Shown here piece by piece: positions 26,719 to 34,487 of a stretch of 43,594 nt of DNA (the stretch's first letter is position 1; each line of letters begins with the position of its first letter). Below the pieces are notes generated by a model. The model was not told where the DNA came from and searched no databases. It saw only the letters and a program-made list of their open reading frames with translations. The position numbers were made by a program, and so were the translations under genes. Source of the stretch: Candidatus Woesearchaeota archaeon (GTDB lineage: Archaea > Nanobdellota > Nanobdellia > Woesearchaeales > UBA11576). The stretch is from positions 1-43,594 of the forward strand of contig RFJL01000011.1 in assembly GCA_003695435.1 (NCBI GenBank), read 5' to 3'.

Positions 26719-27681
26719 TTATGAAAATTCAACGCCTGCTTGTTTATAGAGGTCTAGTGCTGTTTTCTTAGCCTCTTCAAGTGATGTTGCTTGTTTGAAA
26801 ATGATTTCTCCGTACGAATAAACATAGATGTCTCCTTCAAGGATGAGAACAAGTTCGGTGTCTACAAGAACGGGGTAGGTTTCGCGAAGTGCATCCAGGT
26901 TGAGTTGCAAATGCTTTGAAGGTTGTACCACAATGCCTTTTTTTGAACGACAATGTCTGATGTGGTATGGCGCAGTGTCCTCTGTTTCTTCTAGATGTCT
27001 TCTTTTTTTCACAGTAAATGATGAAATGGAGGGCTCGTAAACACTAAGGGAGTGCAGCTTTGTTTCGCGCTGTTCTTCAACTGTGCCGAAAATGAGTTTG
27101 AATGCTTCAACTACTTGCAGTGATGCGATGATGTGTGTGGTTGGTGCGAGCACACCAAATTCTTCACAAGATTCTGCTTGTGCTGCTTTGGGAAATGCGT
27201 CGCGATAACGAGGACCCCCTGGAAAAATGGTCATAACATATCCTCTATCTCTTATACCTGAGCCCATAATCCAAGGTATGTGTTGTTCAAGACAATAGGT
27301 GTCAATAACGTCTCGCGTCTCAATATTGTCTGTGCCATCAATGATGATATCTGCTTTGACGTTTTTGATTGTTTCTTTGTTGATATGGGTAGTTGATGTG
27401 TGGATGGTGATGTCTGAGTTTATGCGTTGGAGGTGTTTTTGGAGTGCTGTTGCTTTTGGTTTGTTAATGTCTTCTTGAGTGTAGCAGCTTTGTCGTTGGA
27501 GATTCACGAGTTCTACGATGTCCCTATCATACAAGAAGATCTCACCAACCCCGCTACGTGCAAGCAGTTCTGCTGCAACACTGCCAAGCGCTCCGCAACC
27601 AATTATGGCTATGCTTGTTTTACGCAGTTTTTCTTGTGCAGTGCTACCTATGAATATTTCCTGTCTTGAATAACGATTCAT
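26719..27681 (-). CDS. ThiF/MoeB/UbaA-family E1-like adenylyltransferase with roughly 90-aa C-terminal extension
   Basis: RYSRQ, IAIIGCGALGSVAAELLARSGVG (nucleotide-binding GxGxxG), DRDIVELVNLQRQ and IIDGTDN motifs. Confidence 0.85.
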   Translation of the reverse strand: MNRYSRQEIFIGSTAQEKLRKTSIAIIGCGALGSVAAELLARSGVGEIFLYDRDIVELVNLQRQSCYTQEDINKPKATALQKHLQRINSDITIHTSTTHINKETIKNVKADIIIDGTDNIETRDVIDTYCLEQHIPWIMGSGIRDRGYVMTIFPGGPRYRDAFPKAAQAESCEEFGVLAPTTHIIASLQVVEAFKLIFGTVEEQRETKLHSLSVYEPSISSFTVKKRRHLEETEDTAPYHIRHCRSKKGIVVQPSKHLQLNLDALRETYPVLVDTELVLILEGDIYVYSYGEIIFKQATSLEEAKKTALDLYKQAGVEFS

Positions 27682-27800
27682 TGAGTTGTTTCCTTTTGGA
27701 AGGTTTTTGACTGTTTTTTTTATTTGTTGAAGGCTGTCTTGCCTGTCTTGCCTGCCTTGAGTGTTTTCTTTGTGATTTGCTTTAATTGCTTTTGGTGATA

Positions 27801-27808
27801 TTTATAAA
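27801..27808 (+). promoter_or_regulatory. TATA box for the polyprenol kinase-like gene
   Basis: TTTATAAA lies 25 nt upstream of the ATG at 27834, consistent with a leaderless transcript. Confidence 0.5.
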
Positions 27809-27833
27809 CTTGCGCGGCTTGCAAACACGTAGT

Positions 27834-28412
27834 ATGGTATTGGCAAGAGAGATTCGCAGACAGGTGCTTCACTTATTGGTGGGGGTTGTGTTAGCGCTTC
27901 TGATTTTCTATGGGTTTATAGGGATCCTTGGTTTGCTCATTATACTCATTATTGGTTTGATCATCTCAGCACTTGCAACAGAGTATGATTTGTTGTTTAT
28001 TTCGTGGTTCTTAAAACGCTTTGATAGGCCTGAGGATAGGTACTTTCCGGGTCGCGGAGCAATTGCTATGGTTGCAGGAGCTTTGCTCTCATTAACGCTT
28101 TTCGGCAGTCAAATCGCAACTGCCTCCTTACTCATTCTTGCTTTTGCGGATAGTTTTTCGCATATTGTTGGAAGAGCTCTTGGAAAGCGACCGCATCCAC
28201 TTAATGGAAAGAAGCTTTGGGAGGGCTCTGTTGCGGGAACACTTATGGGTACAATTGCTGCTTGGGCTGTGGTGCCCTTATGGGCTGCGTTTTTCGCGTC
28301 CGTAGTTGCTATGCTTGTCGAAGCAATTGAAATACGGGTTAAGGGCGTTTTTCTTGATGATAATTTAATCATCCCGGTGGTTGCAGGGGCCGTTCTTGCC
28401 TTGTTGTTATAA
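27834..28412 (+). CDS. integral membrane CTP-dependent polyprenol (dolichol) kinase / CdsA-like cytidylyltransferase family protein
   Basis: Six or so TM helices. FADSFSHIVGRALGKRPHPLNGKKLWEGSVAG resembles the GDxxAxxxGxxxGK...K(T/S)xEGSxxG motif of this family. Confidence 0.6.
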   Translation: MVLAREIRRQVLHLLVGVVLALLIFYGFIGILGLLIILIIGLIISALATEYDLLFISWFLKRFDRPEDRYFPGRGAIAMVAGALLSLTLFGSQIATASLLILAFADSFSHIVGRALGKRPHPLNGKKLWEGSVAGTLMGTIAAWAVVPLWAAFFASVVAMLVEAIEIRVKGVFLDDNLIIPVVAGAVLALLL

Positions 28413-28458
28413 ACCAACCCCAAATAAACCACTGTTTAGTGGTGAAATTAGAGTAATA

Positions 28459-28466
28459 TTTATAAA
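28459..28466 (+). promoter_or_regulatory. TATA box for the SLT-domain gene
   Basis: TTTATAAA lies 22 nt upstream of the ATG at 28489. Confidence 0.5.
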
Positions 28467-28488
28467 CATTCCTGCGGGGGAAGAGCTT

Positions 28489-29745
28489 ATGGTACCTTCC
28501 TGGAAAACGGGGTTCGCAGCAGGATCTGCTTTAGCACTTCTATTAGGCGCATATCAGGGGTTTCATCGCAATGCCATACTAACACCGCAAGAAGCATCCC
28601 TGGCGCCGCAGATAGTGCAAGTGGGCGAAGAAGATTTCACTAAAGACTGGCAAGAACGAGCTGGTACGTTATCCGTGCAAGGCTCACAAGAGGACTATGA
28701 AATCTACCAGCGCACACAACAACATCTTAAACGATCTCAAGATCAGAATCTTCGCGCTCTTTTTGGAAATGACTTCTCTCTTGAGGTGCGCGTAGAACAA
28801 GAAAAAGCAAAATGGCTAGGAACTAGCGGAAGGTTTCCTCTTCTGGATAAAAGAAGAAAAGCAAAGATGGCGCAAAAAAGAGAGTTTCTTGAAGAACTCC
28901 TACAACGCTTAACGGCATTTGACGATTACTTCAACACGGCCGAATCATTAACGGTAAGTAAAGGCTCGCCATCAAACAGATTTGTTCATTATGGTCTTAT
29001 AGCAGCAGAATCCTTAGCATATATCAAGGCTCAAAATAATGCTTCTGATGCAAAAGGTCTTTGCCAGTTCATGGACAGAACTGCTCAAAGTATGGGCGTA
29101 TTTGTCTCATCACATATTAACAGGAGTTTTTCTCCCGCATCCATAGAATCATGCATCTGGTTTCTTGAACAAGAAATCCCGCTCATTTTATCAGGGGTGT
29201 CAAAACCTCTTGATTACCGTCACAAACTCGCAGCATACAATGCAGGACCTTCACAAGTACGATACGCGCTAAAAAGAGGAAACTATTCATTTAGTGACCT
29301 CTCTTCGTTTTTCAGTTCCCCTCGTTTTATTCCTGGTTTTTCTCGAAAATTTTCTCCTCAAAAAGAAACTCAGGAATACCTTGTGAGAGTTTTTTCCTTT
29401 GCGGAAATCTTTAAATTAGCAGCTCTTCCAGTTTCGGAAAAGAAAGAACTTGCTAAGAGACTAGAAAAAAACATTTCTTCTGCTGAGGGTTTAGAAAAAC
29501 TGCACATCATCAATAATTTAGCAGCTCTGAACATACGCTGGCCACAAACGCCCCCTCAATGGAGTGTACACATTGATAATTATTCTAATTGTAGCTATGG
29601 GGGAAGAGTCCCTTCTTATCTGAAGGTGTTCAATCCTCATCTTCCTGGAGACAGAACCTATCCGCCTTCGGTATGCATACACAAACCTGATTCTTCAGAT
29701 CCTTCTGTTCGATATCTACAGTTCTTGTTCGCAAAGAATGAATAG
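28489..29745 (+). CDS. membrane-anchored protein with SLT/GH23 lytic transglycosylase-like domain
   Basis: N-terminal TM GFAAGSALALLLGAYQGF. LIAAESLAYIKAQNNASDAKGLCQFMDRTAQSMGV follows the ES...S..GA.GLMQ.M..TA pattern. About 60 aa later comes LAAYNAGPSQV (AYNAGP motif). Confidence 0.7.
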   Translation: MVPSWKTGFAAGSALALLLGAYQGFHRNAILTPQEASLAPQIVQVGEEDFTKDWQERAGTLSVQGSQEDYEIYQRTQQHLKRSQDQNLRALFGNDFSLEVRVEQEKAKWLGTSGRFPLLDKRRKAKMAQKREFLEELLQRLTAFDDYFNTAESLTVSKGSPSNRFVHYGLIAAESLAYIKAQNNASDAKGLCQFMDRTAQSMGVFVSSHINRSFSPASIESCIWFLEQEIPLILSGVSKPLDYRHKLAAYNAGPSQVRYALKRGNYSFSDLSSFFSSPRFIPGFSRKFSPQKETQEYLVRVFSFAEIFKLAALPVSEKKELAKRLEKNISSAEGLEKLHIINNLAALNIRWPQTPPQWSVHIDNYSNCSYGGRVPSYLKVFNPHLPGDRTYPPSVCIHKPDSSDPSVRYLQFLFAKNE

Positions 29746-29972
29746 AGTGTTCGAAGATGGTCGTGGTGTGCTTTTCAAAACTCCTTTAGTTGCAACGCTC
29801 TCCTGTAGGAAAAAAGAAGAACTGCAAAGAAGCTCTCTGAAACTGAAGCGGGGTTGAGATTCCCCAAAGGCAACTCCTCTAAAACAACGTCCTACACGAG
29901 TCTTGCGAAACTTGTCTTCATTAAAGCACACATAAAAGCATAAATACGTCTGCTTCTTTTGAGCCAACCATT

Positions 29973-31145
29973 ATGTTACGAAGAGCAGATTGTGTGAAAT
30001 GCAAAGGAAGATTTTGCGATGGGATGCGAAAATGCCCGATTATGCAAAAAGTTCGCGCACAATCAACAGTAAATACACAAGCAAAACAAGAATTCTCAGG
30101 AACAACGCCGAACCTTTTTGTAGGTCGTTTCGGTTACCCTCACGTCCAGGTGGGTCTTCTCACAGCTGAACAACTTAGCGGTCAGGACTCTCCAAAAGAA
30201 TGGGTACGACAAAAAAAATCAATACAAGACGTCATCAACTACCGCACACAACTCATTAACTCAAATGTGAAGACATCCGTTCACAAACTTCAAAACAAGA
30301 TTGTTGAAATGTCTCAAGAGGTAGCTCTTGCAAAAAAACCTGCTGAAATTGAAGTATCCCTTTCAAAAAAACCTTCGTTTAAAATCTCCCTTCATCAACA
30401 CGCAGCCCCACATGGACCAAACGTAGAGTTACGTAAAGCGCGTTTTACGCAAAACGTAAAGATTGATCAGAGAGTAGAAAAAGTAGTTGATGATGACCTA
30501 CTCGCAACAGAGCAGATAAAAAAACTCTCAAGAAGGGTTGATGAGTACGAACTCACAAAGATGTTCTCAGCAGGTCTTTTGGGAAAAGACCAAAAAATAG
30601 TTCCAACAAGATGGTCAATAACTGCCGTTGATGACACTCTTGGAAAACAGTACATCAAAGAAGTTAGAGATTTCCCCTTTGGAGACTACGAACTCTACAT
30701 GGGATCGCACCTGGGAAATTATTATTTCATACTCTGTTTTCCTGAACCTTTTCGCTATGAACTCTTTGAAACACTTGTAGGGGACGTTATGAGCTTCGCA
30801 CACGACTATGAATCTGCAAAAGGTCGTACCACCTACGCACAAGAAACTGCAGGGGGCTACTACGCAACTCGTTTAGCAGTTCTTGAACGACAGAAAAAGA
30901 ATAAGAGACAACAAGGAGTCCTTGCTCTTCGTTTCATTACTGATGAATACTGGGCACCGCTGGGGGTGTGGGTGGTAAGAGAAGCATCACGCAATGCAAT
31001 GCAAGGAAAACCCTTGCGTTTTGATGACAAAGAGACCATGCTGCGTTTTGTCGAAGAGCTGGTGAAAAAAAGATGGAAGATGAACGTAAAGAAGTTATAT
31101 GCTCAAAGCAAGGTTCTCAAAGAGAAGACGTTGTTTGATTTTTAG
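29973..31145 (+). CDS. nreA: archaeal Nre-family DNA repair protein (NreA-like)
   Basis: N-terminal Cys cluster CVKCKGRFCDGMRKCP, TPNLFVGRFGYPHVQVG, WSITAVDD, and C-terminal YWAPLGVWVVRE. TATA GCATAAATAC about 27 nt upstream. Confidence 0.75.
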   Translation: MLRRADCVKCKGRFCDGMRKCPIMQKVRAQSTVNTQAKQEFSGTTPNLFVGRFGYPHVQVGLLTAEQLSGQDSPKEWVRQKKSIQDVINYRTQLINSNVKTSVHKLQNKIVEMSQEVALAKKPAEIEVSLSKKPSFKISLHQHAAPHGPNVELRKARFTQNVKIDQRVEKVVDDDLLATEQIKKLSRRVDEYELTKMFSAGLLGKDQKIVPTRWSITAVDDTLGKQYIKEVRDFPFGDYELYMGSHLGNYYFILCFPEPFRYELFETLVGDVMSFAHDYESAKGRTTYAQETAGGYYATRLAVLERQKKNKRQQGVLALRFITDEYWAPLGVWVVREASRNAMQGKPLRFDDKETMLRFVEELVKKRWKMNVKKLYAQSKVLKEKTLFDF

Positions 31146-31175
31146 TAGTTGTTGAATAACTCTTGTAATCGTCTT

Positions 31176-33686
31176 CTATGATAGTCTTCCTCTAATGTCT
31201 TCTAAGAATCTGCTGATCGTTTTTAAGATGTGTTCTGGTTGAGTTTTAAGCTCCTTACAGGTGAGCTGCAATAAATCCCCGCTAAATTCTTGAGTGGATG
31301 TGAGCTTGAAGGGAACATCTTTTTTCTTCTTAACAATTTGTTTCCACAATGAGAAGAGCTCCGCTGCTCGTCCAGGGACTTGCGAAGGGGAACACTCAAG
31401 TAGCTTTGCAGCATCCTCAATAATGCCACTTTCTTGTTTTTCCAGTGCTCGTGCAGCGTTACCTGCTGCAAATTCAAGTCTGACAACGCCGTCTTGTACT
31501 TTTGAGCTTTTAATGATCTTGATCACTTCAGCTTCAGAAGTGTTGTTTAAGTGTGTTCCCCCACATGCTTCAACATCAAATCCGCCAATATCAACAACGC
31601 GAATAATTGAGCCAGGAACAGCACCTCCTTGGTAGAGTCGCATACCAAATTTTTTCTCTGCTTCTGAGCGCTTGAGGAAGTATTTTTCTATGGGAATTCC
31701 TTTTTTGACAATTTCATTTGCTTTTTCTTCGATGCGGTCAAGAAGTTCTTGACTAAGAGCTTCATAATGGGTGATGTCAAGGCGCGCTTTTTCTGTGGAC
31801 TTTGCAGCACCTGCTTGCCAGATGTGATCTCCAAGAAGGGTGCGTGCAGCTCCATTAATGATGTGGGTTGATGTGTGATGTTGTGTGAGTTGTTTTCTGC
31901 GCTCAAAATCTATGGTGCACGAAACCTTCTCTCCAACGCTAAGAGAGCTGGCATCCTCAACCTCGTGTATGATGACGTGATCTTGTTTGAAAATATCTTT
32001 AATCTTAGCATCTCCAATAGTTCCTAAGTCGTGAAGTTGGCCTCCTGATGTGGGGTAAAAATAGGTTTCATCCAGCGCTACATAGTTTCCTTGAATCGCA
32101 ACAATGGTTGCTTCAAAAGTGACTTGTTTCCAGTCATCAAAGTACTTTGCTTTGGAAGGAGGTATGTTTGCAACATCAATGTCACGAACTTTTTTCGTTG
32201 CGGTTTTCTGTTCTTTTTGCTCGTGTCGTTGTGCAAGTAATTGGAAGAAGTTATCAGGTATGGTGATGGTTTTCCCAAGCTTTCTTGCCTCTTGTTGAAT
32301 TGTTTTAGGGCTAATGCCATGAGAGTCATAAAGTTCGACAAGGTCATCAACACTCACCTCTTTTTGAACTATTTTTTTAACGAGGCGACTTGCTTGGTTT
32401 TTGCTTGAGATATATTTTTCTTTTTCAACATCTAGAATTTTTTGCACTTGAGGAAGTTGTTTTTTCAGTTCTGGAAAAATAGGTTCGAGTTCTTGAGCAT
32501 GCCATGTGGCAACATCTTTAAGATCGACATTCCAATTAAACTCGTCAATGAATGATAATGCTCGTCGTAAGATAACACGCAAATTATATCCTCCGCCCAC
32601 ATTCGAAGGCAGTCCTCCATCTGCAATGGCAAAAAGTAACGAGCGAGTATGTTCCGCAATGGAGTAGAGGCCCACCATTGGCCAAACTTTTTCCCGCAGA
32701 ACCTGTACGTCAATATCGAGTTTGCTGGCAACAGTTTCCCATGCCTTGTTGATATCTTCAACTTCGTCAATGTTAAGAAGTGCTGAATAGGATGAAAATT
32801 GTTTGAAGAGCCCAGTATCATATTCTGCTTGGGTGGCTTCTTTGAGCTTGGAGAGTACTGATGGAAAAACTGCTTCGTACATATTCGGCGTTCCTTGCGA
32901 GAACCAAGCAATGCGTTCTTGTCCTAATCCCATGTCAAGAACTTTAATGTTTAGTTCCTTGATTGAACCATCTTCCAATTGTTCAAACATCATGTATACT
33001 TGGTTGCACAACTCAACTCCGCGTGAGAAGAATTCCATGCAAGGACCAAAGTTGCCTCCTCCCGCCCATGCATCTTCGTGAAGGGTGAGTTCTGTTTTGT
33101 CAAGACCTACAACTGAGGTGATGTAGGAATAGAGATCTTGGAATGCTTTGTTTTGATCCCATTCTTGTGGTGAGACAAATTGATGTTGTCCGATCATAAC
33201 GAACCCTGTGCAATGTGAACCCGTAACTCCGACGTTATCGACATCTCCAAAGCGTAAGCAGAATTGGGGGATAACGAGTTTTGGGGCGGGAGGTTCAACT
33301 TCTCCTGAAATAACGAAAGGTTGAAATGCTGCAATGGATGCAATGGTGAAGTAGGTTGTAGGGTTCCAGCGAGCAATCACAGGGTAGCGAGAAATACTTG
33401 CATATCCTTCTTTTTTCATATGTTCTTCAAAGGTCTTCCAGACATCAATGTATGAGAGCGTGTTTTTTGAGGGGTTGTTAGAAACAACGTTGAAACCTCC
33501 CACGCAAGAGGGATCTCCACAAATTTCTCTCTTAGGGTCTACGTTCCAGAATGTTGTACCACAGGAAACACAAGTATTTCGATAAAATCCTTCTTTTTTG
33601 AGGATTTGTGTTGCATAGTACTTTTCAGGGTTATCACTTGCTTTTGCTTTGAACTCTTTTTTGAGCTCCTTATCTGTTTTCATCAT
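31176..33686 (-). CDS. alaS: alanyl-tRNA synthetase (archaeal type, short C-terminus)
   Basis: N-terminal zinc-like CVSCGTTFWN, class II core, editing-domain HTSTHIINGA and CGGTH motifs. 836 aa. Confidence 0.95.
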   Translation of the reverse strand: MMKTDKELKKEFKAKASDNPEKYYATQILKKEGFYRNTCVSCGTTFWNVDPKREICGDPSCVGGFNVVSNNPSKNTLSYIDVWKTFEEHMKKEGYASISRYPVIARWNPTTYFTIASIAAFQPFVISGEVEPPAPKLVIPQFCLRFGDVDNVGVTGSHCTGFVMIGQHQFVSPQEWDQNKAFQDLYSYITSVVGLDKTELTLHEDAWAGGGNFGPCMEFFSRGVELCNQVYMMFEQLEDGSIKELNIKVLDMGLGQERIAWFSQGTPNMYEAVFPSVLSKLKEATQAEYDTGLFKQFSSYSALLNIDEVEDINKAWETVASKLDIDVQVLREKVWPMVGLYSIAEHTRSLLFAIADGGLPSNVGGGYNLRVILRRALSFIDEFNWNVDLKDVATWHAQELEPIFPELKKQLPQVQKILDVEKEKYISSKNQASRLVKKIVQKEVSVDDLVELYDSHGISPKTIQQEARKLGKTITIPDNFFQLLAQRHEQKEQKTATKKVRDIDVANIPPSKAKYFDDWKQVTFEATIVAIQGNYVALDETYFYPTSGGQLHDLGTIGDAKIKDIFKQDHVIIHEVEDASSLSVGEKVSCTIDFERRKQLTQHHTSTHIINGAARTLLGDHIWQAGAAKSTEKARLDITHYEALSQELLDRIEEKANEIVKKGIPIEKYFLKRSEAEKKFGMRLYQGGAVPGSIIRVVDIGGFDVEACGGTHLNNTSEAEVIKIIKSSKVQDGVVRLEFAAGNAARALEKQESGIIEDAAKLLECSPSQVPGRAAELFSLWKQIVKKKKDVPFKLTSTQEFSGDLLQLTCKELKTQPEHILKTISRFLEDIRGRLS

Positions 33687-33981
33687 AGTTCTTGTGCTTT
33701 TTGTTTTGTTGTGGCTTTTTGTTTTATGGTGGTAAGGTTTTCATGAAGTAAGAGGACATCTCAGCAGTTACTTTCCGTTCATCACGATATCAGCCGGGAA
33801 TAACTTCATCATCGACGTTGCTTGTTACTGTTTTCTTTTAAATGTGTTGGGTCTTATGTTTGTTTGTAAGGGTGAGGTTATTCGCAGAGTCACGACCTTT
33901 ATTCATAAATGTTTTGAGAATAAGGAAATAAGGGGCTCCTCTGAGTTGGGGGGTGGTAAGAATGCGGTTGGAGGAGCCCTT

Positions 33982-34050
33982 ATGATGGTAATGCTTCTTA
34001 TGATTGTAATGTTTGTAATTCTTTTTGCCACATCAGGCCTATTTTTTTGA
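33982..34050 (+). CDS. candidate 22-aa hydrophobic micro-ORF
   Basis: MMVMLLMIVMFVILFATSGLFF preceded by GGAGGAG 4-5 nt upstream. That SD is one arm of a 9-bp hairpin (GGGCTCCTC 33933-33941 / GAGGAGCCC 33971-33979). Overlaps the 3' end of the convergent 133-aa gene by 53 nt. Confidence 0.25.
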   Translation: MMVMLLMIVMFVILFATSGLFF

Positions 34051-34399
34051 GCGCGTGGATGAAATTGTCGCTGATGCGATACTGTTTTTTATACATGTCG
34101 TAATCAACAAGACCCATGCTCTTCATAGGGGTGAGGATGCGATCGTAAAATTGTCTTTTGTTATAGGATATTTTAATGGTCTTTTTTTGTGAGATGGGAC
34201 CCACGCTCTCATCAATCTCGATGGTCGTCCCCTCATGGAGTCTATTGGCAAAAACACTCATTTCAGTCTTCCCAAGAGATCCTCCTGCTTCTTTGAACTC
34301 TGTGAGGAGCATGCGAGCTACCATGACTTGCTGTTCTGTTGCAAAAATGATTTCCAGGATGTCATCTGGAAGGTGGTATTGATCAAAGAGGATCACCAT
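33998..34399 (-). CDS. hypothetical protein, possible C-terminal winged-helix
   Basis: Intact 133-aa ORF. The C-terminal FYDRILTPMKSMGLVDYDMYKKQYRISDNFIHAL looks like a recognition helix plus wing. No firm family assignment. Confidence 0.55.
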   Translation of the reverse strand: MVILFDQYHLPDDILEIIFATEQQVMVARMLLTEFKEAGGSLGKTEMSVFANRLHEGTTIEIDESVGPISQKKTIKISYNKRQFYDRILTPMKSMGLVDYDMYKKQYRISDNFIHALKKIGLMWQKELQTLQS

Positions 34400-34487
34400 G
34401 GTTGAGCTATCAAAAAGAAACAGAGTATATAAATATTACGTATTTACATACGAGTATACTAAAAAGTATCCTGGTTGCTAGGGGTTC

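Noticed and set aside
29746-29972. 227-bp gap upstream of nreA, including an 83-aa minus-strand ORF and a GGGG-N8-CCCC hairpin
   Set aside because: The ORF has implausible composition and no start signals. I found no tRNA, C/D (no TGATGA) or other RNA signature. It is left as an unexplained spacer containing the nreA TATA.
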